Source: Gonapodya sp. JEL0774 (lineage: Eukaryota). Taken from it: DNA of 64,000 bases. Shown one piece after another: positions 1-11,615 of the stretch (position 1 is the first letter of the stretch; each line of letters opens with the position of its first letter). Below the pieces are notes generated by a model that worked only from the letters and a program-made list of their open reading frames with translations, did not search any database and had not been told where the DNA came from. The position numbers and the translations under genes are program-made. The stretch lies in contig JADIIX010000102.1 in assembly GCA_027604505.1 (NCBI GenBank), forward strand, positions 1 through 64,000, in the 5' to 3' direction.

Positions 1-189
1 TGTACCAAACAGTACTCAAAAACTCAATTCTCCAAAACCAGGGTTTTGGAACGTTTTGGAGTGAGTTTTGGAGTTGGGGTTCGTGCCAAACACCAGCCTC
101 CAAAACCACGGAAGCAAAAACGCAGTTTTGTGGAGTTTTGGAGAAAACCCCTCCAAAACCTCTGGTTTTAGAGGCAGCCAAACAGGCCC
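1..189. mobile_element. Right end of a PIF/Harbinger (Tourist-like) MITE; left end lies outside the window
   Basis: CCAAACAGGCCC at 178-189 (reverse complement GGGCCTGTTTGG, a typical Tourist/PIF TIR) followed by TCA, a possible TNA target site. Degenerate internal TIR-like copies (gtaccaaacag at 2, gtgccaaacac at 83) and many CTCCAAAAC/GTTTTGGAG subterminal repeats in both orientations. Confidence 0.7.
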
Positions 190-1330
190 TCACACAAATA
201 ACACAGACCATAGATTCCCAAGTCCTCAATCGACAAGAGTGGTCGTATTACTGCCCAAGACATTTCATTGGGAACTTTCAGCACGCCACAAGCCCCACAT
301 GTCACTCTAAGCGTATTGCTGTCTGCCAGTGCTTCGTGATAATCAGACATAGCTTGCGTTTGCGTCAAGTCGTCAATTGCCGGGGCGAACATAACATCGA
401 GCGGTCTGTTGCAAAATGAGCAGGTACTATCCTCCAGAACCTCTCTTTGAGCATCCATAATATCAATTTCTGCATCAATTGGCTTCGATATCGCTGCTTT
501 ATTGGGCTCCGATCCATCGATGTTGTCTGATGCAGCATGGGAATCGACCGATGCAGCCAATGGTTTTCAGCATCTCTCATGAGAACAGGCACGCAAACGA
601 ACGTCGTACCTGCTCCCACAACGCCTCTTTGAATTTCCACGATCTCCATTTCAACTTCATTTGACTGCGATGCGTTGAACATGTCTGAAACGACCTGCGA
701 TTCGGCGGGTTTGCTGATAATTCCCACCAGGACTTGCTCGGAACCTCCTAGCGAGCACCAGCTGCCCCGTTTTGTTGTGACCATTCAAATGAAGTGCGTG
801 AAAATTGGCAAGTTGAGTATGTTTGGCGCACAATCTTCGCTGACCACTTATTGCGCACAACCTTCACAGTACTGACACGTCTTCCTGTCTACCCTTTTCT
901 ACTGATCCTCCGCCGACCTTTGGGGGAAACTTGCATAGGTGAGTTGACAAACTGTGATCAGACCTAGTGGGCGGCAACAGCACCAGGACACACATTTCTC
1001 GGCGATGCTCTCATAGCAGGAGCACTGGCAATTTTGATTCGCGCGAAGGTCGAAAACAAAAAAATTTTAGCCTTCCTAATTTGATTACAAAGCGCTCCAT
1101 TTGTGTAGAAAGGCATGCACTTCATCAAACTCCACTTTATTATTTTCCCAACATAGTGTATCACAACAGCAATAAGAGCTTCCTGGGTGTTTCCTGTTAG
1201 TGTGCGAAACCTCTTCAATAGCCGGCGGTCTCAAGGTTGTGATTCGTTCAGGTGACTACGCACTCTAATGTAACGTCACCAGTTCCTTCCCACTTGACTG
1301 ACTCCACCAAACACTATCTTCGGCCCCACT
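190..1330 (-). pseudogene. Decayed TE-like ORF (possibly Helitron N-terminal region), interrupted by the MITE
   Basis: ORFs 168-560 and 657-860 share one frame that continues upstream with scattered stops. It carries Cys motifs TCGACG and LCYLC reminiscent of Helitron N-terminal Zn-binding segments. The last codons (GLFGCL) come from the MITE TIR. Confidence 0.3.
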
Positions 1331-1773
1331 TAGCAAAAACAACATAGATAATTAATAAGGAAGTGTATTAAAAACACGCTACACTTCGGATTTTGCTGCT
1401 ACAACCAGGTAACATTGGAACTGCGGTTCCACGACATGACCAATCTTCATAGCTTAAAACTGACTGGCTTGCAAGGCATTAAATGCTTGCCTGACACAAG
1501 TGAGCTGAAATAGACCAGGTGGGTGGCAGGATATTAATGTTGGTAAAAGAAGGTGTAACCCAAATCAAAAAGCACAGTGGCGAGTCATTCACAAACTTAC
1601 GAACCATTGTGAAAAGACGTAGAGAGCATTTGCTTGCAATCATTTGAACGTTCTGGAACTCACCATTCTGACTTTCTTCAGGGGTGAGGGTCATACCTCC
1701 ATTTAGACTTTTGTTTTAGTCAACACCACTCAGAGATCTTCCACCTGGCGCCCCCGCCCACAATTCGCTTCCT

Positions 1774-2150
1774 TTAAAACCTCTCACCTTTGAAGTACCC
1801 CGATGTGAACCACGCTGTTACACGATCCCCGTAGTGGGCGACGAGGGAGGAGAATGCAAGGAGGAGTGTGTGGTCGTTCTGGATGGCAAGCGAGGGGAAT
1901 TGCACGGTGGGGAGGACCAGAGTTTCAGGGGTATCGGGGTTGGTGGGGCAGGGGGACGCGTCGTTGGGGTGCTGGTGCGACTCGTGGATGTGGTTGGTAC
2001 TCAGTCGTGGCCCGGGAAGCACGATCCCGCGAGGGGCCAGGTCGTGGATGGGTGCGGTGAGTGTGTAGGCGTGGTTGACTCTGGCTGAGAGGAGGGCACG
2101 GCCGCGTGCCACCAGGATATGTAGCATCTGGCGGGCTGCGTGGGGTACGG
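1774..2150 (-). pseudogene. Possible fragment of a MOSC/mARC N-terminal beta-barrel domain gene
   Basis: RQMLHILVARGRALLSAR...LVLP...YGDRVTAWFTS resembles the MOSC_N pattern (DR.WMLV...G.FLT.R...GDEAA.WFS). No MOSC C-terminal domain follows. Confidence 0.3.
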
Positions 2151-4069
2151 AGGGGGAGGGGTGGAGGGTGCGGGCATTGAAAGAGGGCGTTGTGTGACGT
2201 TGAGAAGAAGGTTTTTGGGGTGGTGGTGGGGGTGTTTGAGTGTTTTTGCAGACGTGGGCGTGCGTTGTGCTTGTACCGCGAGAGTGGAGGGACAAGTGGA
2301 AGTAGACCTCCCTCTTGGCACTCACAAAAGATCAAAAACGAGTATATGTGAACTCACCTTACTATTTGTCCCAGCAGCTCCATTTCATCAGCCACCGGAT
2401 AGTCGTTGGACGTGGCCGTCATGGTTGGGAGTGAACTGGAAGTTTGTGTTGTCGGGCTCGGACAGACGAATCCTGCTGGGGCAAAGAACAGCCAATAAAT
2501 ACTGAGAGCAGCCATTTAGCTCTTACTTACTACCACGGATCTCCCCATCTGAAGTCAACCCCCGTTTGACTCGTCCGTTTCCAACCCCGCAACCTGGCAT
2601 CCTGCATCACTTTCCACCTACTTGCTGACAAATGCCCCCGTGTTCCGACATACTACTCACGTTCACATTTTGCACCGTGAGGTTTCCTGATCGCACAGCT
2701 TGTCTTCATACTAACCAGTTTGTCCACCAGAACCATTCGCTTCGCAATTCCCTTCTTCCTCCACCGCCTGATGATTTACACACCACACAATCGTTTCGTA
2801 TGTGGAGTATAAACAGGCGGAAGAGTAACGAGGGAGGGAGGCGGTCCCGTTACTCTTGAGATACGAGACTTGGGAAACGTGGTGCAACGGTTGATAGGGC
2901 TTGGGTGATTCGTATTCACTTGTGGATTTCTTGGTGACATCTTCTTTGCAGCGCGGCGTAGCGGTGAGATAGCTGTGAGACGAGGGGGTGTTTAACAATT
3001 GTGGTTGTGGTGATCATGGCGATGTCACCCGACACCCCAAGCAGCAACCCAACAGAGAAGACGACCACTCACTAAAGTATATGGACTCTCATTCATACTT
3101 CCTTCAAACACTGTGCGCTCCTGAAAAGTTCGTCTGATTCTCCAAAAGCGAAAGTCGATCCGACAACGCATATTTGTCCCCGATAACACACAAGCGAGAA
3201 CAAGGGGGAGCAAAGCCAAAAGAAATGCAAAGCCAACTTGAATTGGCGTCGCGATACCGTTTGAAAGGGACGAGAGGTGGAGAATCCGGACACCTCATTG
3301 TACCAGCGAAATCCAGGACAAGGAGTGGTTGGGGGGCGATGCCGAGCATCACGGCCGGTGCTGAGATGATTTTAATGGCGCCAGGAGTGGAATTTCGCGA
3401 AAAGAACAGCAGGGGAATTTTGATTCGGATTTTGGAGTGATATTTTGTGTCACGAACCCCCCCCTTCAGTGCCACTGCCCCCCTCTTTATTGCCCCAAAC
3501 ACCCCTCCCGCTATGAGCCGACCACTTATTTCGCCTGCATGGACGCCTGGAACTATCCACTCGTCCCCCACGACTTAGTGATATACATATCGTGTACCGT
3601 CCTCGTTTCTTTCCTCCCGAAAACAACACAACTCAACCGACTCAGCGCATAACACATATACCAATACATCAGTTCTGCTATTATTGCGTCGCCGGGTTAT
3701 TGGTTACCATCTCAGGAAGAACCCTGGCAGTGCCCGCCATGAGGCTGCTTCAGGCCTTGCTCCTTGTGGACAAACTACTATTGACTATTGTCTGCCCACA
3801 TAATCTACCCAAAAATAGTCGTGGTATGCTTTTTCCAAAACCACGATTCTTCAACTTCTCCAATAATACCGATAACAAAAATACGCTGTGTAAAGTCGTT
3901 GGAAATGTTCTTGACTTTGGCTTAATGTACTTTTTGTTACTCTGTACCGGGTTACATAATGGGGCAAACACTCGTTGGTTCAGGCACACGGCCCTCATCA
4001 GAACCACCCGTTTTGCCCAGTGAACGATCAAATCGTCCGCAGTGAGCGATTTTGATGGCAGCACCAGCC

Positions 4070-4240
4070 CCTTTTGGAATGGATGCAGAAGTGAGATCCC
4101 ACTGTACTTGCGGCGTTCGTACAATGCTCAAGCCTGTCTGACTCTCCTCTTACGGTAATCCTCGCGTTCGACGAGGGTATAGGCATCCGCACGTCACGCT
4201 CAGCATTCAGTGTCTAGATCTGCATACAAACCTCATGTCC
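4070..4240 (-). pseudogene. Relic of a GT32 (DXD, Och1/Sur1-like) glycosyltransferase
   Basis: GLYADLDTEC at 4232-4203, flanked by in-frame stops, with an in-frame HPF downstream. Both are GT32 signature elements. Confidence 0.35.
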
Positions 4241-5241
4241 GTATCCGTTTTGACTGGCTCGAATGCATCCGGGCTGATGCACCAACTTAAGAGCATTCCC
4301 CCGACTCAATAGATCCCCGCTCAGAACGACGCGTCTTCTTCCTACCTGAAGAACAAAGCTAACGCGAGCAAGCCTGCAGATTGGTTTAGCCACGTGAGTG
4401 ATCATGGGTTGGGTTGCCGAAGCCGCTTGGATGAGATTGTTGGATGGCAATCATACACTCCGGAAGCTGGAACCGATCAGAAAGAGAACGAAGATCTCTT
4501 GGTACAGCAATTGACTAATGATAAAGTCAGCAGTGGTGGTTGTGATGTACAACTGTGGAGCAACCCGTTTTCGAGGTTCGATGTTGCAACGTCGAGTGTG
4601 AGAACCAGGGCGCAAGGGAATTCATCCTAAATCCTAAGGGACAAGCATAGTAAGCACGCTGGATTTAAAAGTGTGTGGAAGCAGAGAGGAGAGACTACCT
4701 CGATTTGCAGAACTGCATAAACGGCGAGGCCACGAGACTCCCTTTTGAATGCAAGAAACGCTTTCACCCGGCACCACGGTTTCTTCTTCCCTTTCACGAC
4801 TGCTTAGGATGAACAGAATTCAAAAGCCAATAATCCCCCCCCTAACACCAAATCACACAATTATGGGCACGCCCACGAGAGCCCCTCCATCAATGCTGGA
4901 TCCCAATCGAATCCTCTTACTCTCGCATCTGATCCACCCGCGACTCCGAAGAACCACTTTGATATCCTGACCGGTGCCCAGCTTCCCCAGCCACAGGAGA
5001 GGAGCACGAGGAGGGTAAAACAGGCTGATGCACAAGGTGGAAAGTACAATATTATTTCAAATGAGAACACTTAGATGTTGCGCGGTTATGATATCAATGT
5101 GATGTGGTATGGAGGGACGTGATGGTTCGATTATGACAAGTGCAGTGATGAAATGTGGGAATGTGTGAAAAGGGAGACCTTCCCACGACTATGTACATAA
5201 TGGAAATATACAATAACAATGACACTGGCCCAATGTGGAAA

Positions 5242-6818
5242 TCAATTTTCCTTCCCTTCCGTTTCGCCGTCGTCGCTGTTCACTTGTCCCACCAGTTGCC
5301 CCAATTCATCAAGCTCCATCGCCGGTTTTTCACCCATCTCTTTCATCTGTTCCTCGATCTCCTTGTCCCTTTCGTCCATCCTGGCTGCTGCTGCCTTCAT
5401 TTTTGCGCGCACATCTTTCCCGACGCTGTGAAACACACCTCCAGTGGCGGCACCGCACGCGAAACACTTGGGCGATTTGGAATGATGCGAGAGGGCGCAA
5501 CGTTCACAAAAATAGTGTCCACACCTACAGAGACGGGGGTACAAATTGTGAGGATATCACAGAGGCTGGGTTATAAACTGAGATAGACGAAAGGATGCTC
5601 ACCGTGTGACAACAGGCTCAGTAAACTCCTTCCGACATATCAAGCAGGCGAATGGTACATCCCCGTCATTCTCTTTCGCTTGCGCCTCTTCATCGTCATC
5701 ATCTAAGTCGCCCTCTTTTATGAGCCACTTCTCCACACTCTCCTCTTTTTCCTTCTTCCTTTGCTTCTCCTCCCATTCTCGCTCAATAACCCAACCCGCT
5801 TTGTAGTCCCCTCGGTCGTGGAGGAACTTGCAAGAGTCACCATACCCACAGTATCCGGTTTCTTTGTAATCCTTGCAGATATCAGGTTGATAATCGAAAC
5901 GGGTGGAGATGCGAACGTTGGTAGTGGCCCTTTGGGGACCAGCCCTGGACGTCAAAGCCGGCGGGCAGGGAAGTAGGAAGGGAGGAGTTAAAGTTAGCTT
6001 GGCGTTTCGTGATCCTCCTGTGACTTCATCCAGGATTCAAGGTAGCCCGAGTCTGAACTTCTCTGGCTTCTCCCAATACTTGCATGTTCCGGCCGCCATG
6101 TCGGGCCTTCGCTTCGGGGATATAAAGGACCACCTCTCGACCCTCATCCCGACAAGTATCCAATGTGACGGACATCAATGGCCACCAGACTCAAACCTCA
6201 TCACTCAAAAAGAATCGGAGTTTGATACAAACTAGGCCACCCACACAATTTCTCCATTCATATGCAGCTGCAACCGATATACCTTGGCCGTGGGACCTCC
6301 AATCACATCAGGGCTTTCATCAAAAGTCCCCCATTCTTTCGAAGAGACACAGTACACATTTTTTTTGATTGATTCTCTGTGCTCTGCCTCTTTTGTCAGG
6401 CAGGTGATCCGATTCCGATTTAAGTTCTCAAACAGCCTTCGCTCGGTACTCACCGTAAGCCCTTCTGCCCAAACATACCCGCTCTTCCCTTGTTGTCCTC
6501 TGTCTCCAATGTCCTAGTCGCAAAGTCGGGCACCGCCGTCCCCGCCGAGCCTGTTCCGGCGAAGGAAACCTTCCCTATCCCATCTGGATCCGCAGTTGCA
6601 GCTGACCGTGATGCTGCGCGAGAGGATACTGATGAGGTGGACAGAAGATTTTGCTCCGCACGGGCGGTTTTGCGGACTGGGGCGGCTGAAGCTGCATTTG
6701 ACACCGGTGATGGGGACCGTTCCCGTTTCCTGATGTTCTTAGGAGCACGAGATTTCATGTACTTAAATGCGACGAGCGGAGCAGTGTCAGAATTTGGTGC
6801 GCGGTCGGAGTCGGCCAT
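5242..6818 (-). CDS. CWC24: Pre-mRNA splicing factor Cwc24/RNF113 (CCCH zinc finger + RING); 3 exons 6818-6454, 5944-5603, 5524-5242
   Basis: [37 protein letters not shown] and [12 protein letters not shown]...[16 protein letters not shown]. The GT-AG joins preserve frame. Confidence 0.95.
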
Positions 6819-7132
6819 TTGAAGTTGTTTGGTTTGTCAATGTATTGCATGTGTAACAGTCAGTGAGCTGCTTTCATCGTGGGACAGCAACGCCGACCTG
6901 ATGAATCGTTTGAAAAGCAAATCGCAGTCATATTTATTCTGTTGTAATCATCTCCCCTCGACCGGTCTTTTCAAATGCTGTAAATATTAGTGGAGCCGAC
7001 AAGCATCTCCGCTAGTTCTCGCGTAAATTTGGGAGTAAAATTTTGTGTTTCGCGTTCCCTGAGCTTGCTTGCTGTGAGCTCTCTTCGTGATATCAAAGCT
7101 CACCTCAAATCACGCATTCGAGGAACAGAAAT

Positions 7133-10100
7133 ATGTCGCAACGCCGCACGCCAGCCCAGCCGAAAGCTGTACCAACTCCACCTCAGCAACTGCGCCCTCT
7201 CTCGTCCCTATCGCTCACCTCTGCGGCTCTCCTGTCGTCCCCGATCGCATCACTGACCCGCGACCCCCTTACGCCCAAGTACCCGCCGCACCCAGGGGCG
7301 TTGCGACCAAGGGAGGTGCTTGGTGGGGCTCATTATAGTTTGGGTGCGTTAAGCTACGAATTCGTATTTCTGGGGCTTGCTATGGGGATCGGTTCATTGC
7401 TTCCCGATGCGAAGTCAGCGTAACTTAACTCACTTTCGATTTTCCAAACCTACCATTGGGAAATGTCGCTCCCGCTACTCTATATTTAAAATTGCTCATC
7501 CAATGTCCGTATATCTTGACAGTCCGAACGGACGGATTTAAAGGGCCACTCTTGCTTGCTGCAGCTTCTGAGGCTGGCGCTGCCGCCCTAGCACTGCTGC
7601 TGCCAAAAACAAAAGAGGAGAAGGATGAATGGGCTGAGATTCGTGAGAATCGGTCTCGGATCGCGGTGTGAAGTGCTGTTCTGCTTACTCACCGACTTAT
7701 CGCTGTGACTTAGTCTCTGCTGGAAAACTTCTCAAGAACTCCCAGCCGTTTGCTTCAAATTATGCTGGATATCAATTGAATGTGTGGAACAAACAGTGGG
7801 TGAAACCTTGTCTCTTGTTTTCCTCTATTTGGCTTGACTTTCGCAATCTTTCAACTTAACACGTCCTGACCTCCTATCTGCATCCTTTTGGCTTCTGCAT
7901 TGTGACCTCGCCATTTGCTTTCAACCATCACCCAGACTCGGGGACGGTCGCGTACTAACTCTGGGCGACATCTTTACACCTCCCCAGAACCGCCCCGATC
8001 AGCGCAGATGGGAGGTGCAATTGAAGGGTGCTGGGAAAACTCCTTATTCGAGGACGTTTGATGGGTTGTTGACCTTAGCAGCAGGAGTGAGAGAATTCGT
8101 GGGTTGTGAAGGTGCGTCAACAAAGATGGCTTTCGTCATCCGAGCCATTCCAGGTTGGCAGCGTTGCAACATGCGGTTAACAGTTGAGGTTTTAAACTCT
8201 AGCTTTTAGATGGACATTCGTAATGACATCAGGAAAGAAGTGTTCCATGTAGACAGTTCACGATCTGATGGATGCATTGGGATTATGGATCGGGAACTTT
8301 CTGAACTCACGAGTTTCTCCGTCTCCCGCTCAAAACGCTACCACTCTTGTTCTATTCCTCAGCCCTCCTCCGCCTCAACATTCCAACCGCCCATGTTCTC
8401 TCCCTCACTGTTCCAGTTCTGTCCATGCACCCCTCTACGCCGTCTGTCCCACCGTGCGTCCTCTCCCGGGCCGCCTCTTCTTTCCTTCGTATTGGTTCCT
8501 ACGAGCTCCACCACCACGCACGCGACCGTACGGCGCTTAAGAAACTTCTCGATTGGACTTTGGAGAACGTCGCCGAGTTTAGGTGGTGTAATGACGACGC
8601 CAAAGGTTGGGACACAGGTTTGAATCGTTATGGGAGATTTTTAAGAGAGGTGGTGAAGAGGAATGCCGAGGTGGGTGCAGGAAGGTGTGGGTAATACCGT
8701 AGTGTGTTAGTCCACGTTCGATCGCACTGCCATAACGATCCTGTGCTCACACTGTCATTGAAATGTGATTTTAAACGCACAGATGGTGGCAGCATGGCAA
8801 GCAGCTGCGTTCGTCCATGGGTCGCTCAACTCGGACAACATCTCTGTCCTCGGTATCACTCTGGATCTTGCGGGATACACATTCTTAGATGCCGTGGGTC
8901 ATTATGCTGTGCACTTTGGTAGCCTTCGAAGTGATTCGATTGTTAAAAATAACAATCTGGTCAGGATAGTTTGATCCCGACTTCACTCCGAACGTGGCTG
9001 AACATCGCTTCTCGCAACAACCTGCCACAGTCAAGAGAGTGCTCGAACGTTTTGGTGAAGTGCTTGCGCAGTTTGTTGATGATTCGGGTGATGTCTTCGA
9101 GGGAGATCGACGGGCAGCAGCGGTAGTTGCCGAATTTGATGAGCGCTATGAGCAGCACTACGTTCAGCTGATGAGGAGCAAACTCGGCTTGGTCGAACGT
9201 GCAGCACCGACTGAGTGAGTGGACCTCGCAGTAGTGGTGAATGTAATCTCAAAGAAGTCATGCCTCTGACGATTCAAACTCCTCCCACAAGTGCGAGCAA
9301 CATCATCGGTCCTCTCCTGAAATTGCTTACTGCTTGTCGGGCTGATTATCATCGCTTCTTCCGCCTTGTGGCTCTTGATCGACTGTATATTCCTAATCTC
9401 CGTCGTTCAAGTCGTCCGAAGGCTCCAGATATGCTGGCGTTCCTTCTCCGCTGCCTTGAGCGCCAAAGCGAAACCCGTCCACAACGCACTTGCGACAAAG
9501 TACCCACCTCCAGCGAGGTTAGCACAATGTGGAGAGAGTGGCACCGAACCTACCAAGCTCGGCTTCACCTGGAAGCCTCACCGGGGACAAACATGATAGA
9601 GTCCGAGCTCGCACGGAGGCAGAAAATGCTTGCTGCCAACCCGAGGATTGTACCCAGGGGGTGGATTTTGGACGAAGTCATCATTGATTGTGAAAAATAT
9701 GCGATGGAGGGACATGAAGCGGCGAAGAGAGACGAGTATGAAAGGAGGAGGAAAGAGGAACAGGAGCCGGCTGCAGATCTCGAGCGACCACTTGTGCTGG
9801 ATGACGAATCTAGCATTCCAGTTCACGAAGGCTTTTTGGCTCCAACAATCGGAGACGGGGATGGAACCGACCGCGACAATGGCGACGAAAACTCTGCACC
9901 GTTGTTTGACGGTGCAGTTGGCCGTTTGACTTCCATCTCTCGCCACCTCGAAGCCCACGGTAGAGCCGCTCGGAGCGAGGCACGTATGTCCGAGTTATTC
10001 TATCGAGACGGCGTCGCACGGATCATGCGTAGAGCCCTGACGCTCTTAGTAGATGACATGTTTGGAGAGTTGACGGAGAGTGCACTTGAGAAGGGTGTAG

Positions 10101-10312
10101 TGGCAATAGGTGGATCTGTTGAGATGGGCGTGATGGATGGTGTCGGACTCGTCAAGATTTTTCGGAGGCCGGCAGGTGAAGGGGAGGAGAGTGAGCTGAC
10201 GGTGGTTGAGACAGGATATGAAGACATCAAGGAATGTAGGGAGGCTGCAATTAGGTGGGCCGGGGAAGTGCCTGAAGGCAAACTAAACCAAATTTGCTCA
10301 TGTGCGCTGTAA
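7133..10312 (+). CDS. SelO/Fmp40/YdiU-family protein adenylyltransferase (Cys form), multi-exon
   Basis: Motifs [74 protein letters not shown]-terminus ICSCAL*. Confidence 0.9.
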
Positions 10313-10380
10313 TAGTATTCGATTGTCTATTCCGGGAATATTTTGTGCTACATTCAGACTTTTACTTCAAAGTGGGGTCC

Positions 10381-11216
10381 CTAGAAAGATGTACCCTCGG
10401 GGGGTTGCGGTAACTTCCTGTTCTGGGGATTTGTCATTTCCCTGACGATGGCGCAAGTAGAAAGTATTGAACGTGACATATAATTCACAGTAGTCATGAA
10501 ACAACTCACCGCCTGAGCTCGCTCAGAACAGTTTCAATGGTGTATGTCCGCTTCCAATTGTCAATGCAGGGAAGATGCTCGACCTGAGTGTTTCGTTGGA
10601 TTTCCACCGTGAGTTATGAAATTGCTCCTCCATGGCAGAGTAAGGGAATTCAAACCTTGCCGTTCTGCGAATTCACGGAGCCGGGCATGTTGATACGTGA
10701 GACAAATTGGACCATAGGAGGCCTATCCGGATACTGGGGACCGCAGGTAATTTTCACAGAGTGGATTCGGTTCTCATGGACAGTCTTCACCAGTCAGGTG
10801 CCATGACTTTGAGACTCAACACTGTATGATCGCGGAGTTTATTATAAAACTCACATTTAGAGGTCCAATGATAGTTCCATTCCACGTCGTCAGCGAACTG
10901 TCGTCTGGGTCGGCAAGACCGTAACTGATAGTGCCATCTCCAATACCTTTCTCGCCCTTCTCGAGCTCCTCCAAAAGTCGGAAGTTACGGGGTACTGTGA
11001 TCAACGAAAATTGAAAATAAAAACAGAAGCCATGGCAGGAGAGGTTCCCTCGAGTTTTGTTCGTGGGCGGGTTGGGACGAAATTGTGGAGTCACAGCGAT
11101 CCAATGGGAAGCGGGAATCACACAAATCACAGGCACTATGTCCCGTAACCAGACATGGACAACTACTCTGGACGTCGTCGACTGGTCCAGACCTCACGCA
11201 TCGGTTTCGAGGACAT
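10381..11216 (-). CDS. MMS2: Ubiquitin-conjugating enzyme variant (UEV1/MMS2), multi-exon; first exon tentative
   Basis: [26 protein letters not shown]...[32 protein letters not shown]-terminal [13 protein letters not shown]. Confidence 0.92.
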
Positions 11217-11615
11217 GAGGAACATTTCCAATCAGATCACTGAGTAAACCAGCAGCCCAGCTCCGAAAAAGTGTCAACCCTTCCACCCCGTGTATGCAAC
11301 CATAGTGTAGTACATACCCATCGCCATGGTTTCGAAGATTCGGATCAAGTAAGTTAGTTGGGATACCTTGTCCTGTGTATGCACCCACACCCACACAACT
11401 TCCCTGAATGAATTTTGACGAATAACAAGCGCAGTATTTCTACAAGCATTCTAGAGAGCTGGAGTCTGAAGAAGGGTCTTCGGTAGCCTTGACCGTACAA
11501 ATAAATAATCTTCAAAATCTTTAAATACGAAGACACTTTAGCGTCTCCACTGACCCTCTACTACTCAAGTTAATTTACTGCGACAATCAGTACCGGGAAC
11601 AAGGGTCTCCATCTG

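Noticed and set aside
1..170. CRISPR-like or telomeric repeat array
   Set aside because: The repeats are short, irregular and in both orientations, and are explained as MITE subterminal repeats.
2821..2857. Perfect 10-bp inverted repeat aagagtaacg/cgttactctt
   Set aside because: Isolated hairpin in degraded DNA, with no CTRR Helitron end or other supporting context.
6250..6390. Extra CWC24 coding exon or frameshift (KVYR...AAAY-like)
   Set aside because: Exon 1 splices in frame directly to 5944, and the similarity is weak.
10290..10380. Selenocysteine codon and SECIS for SelO
   Set aside because: The C-terminal codons are TGC-TCA-TGT (Cys-Ser-Cys) with a TAA stop; there is no in-frame TGA.
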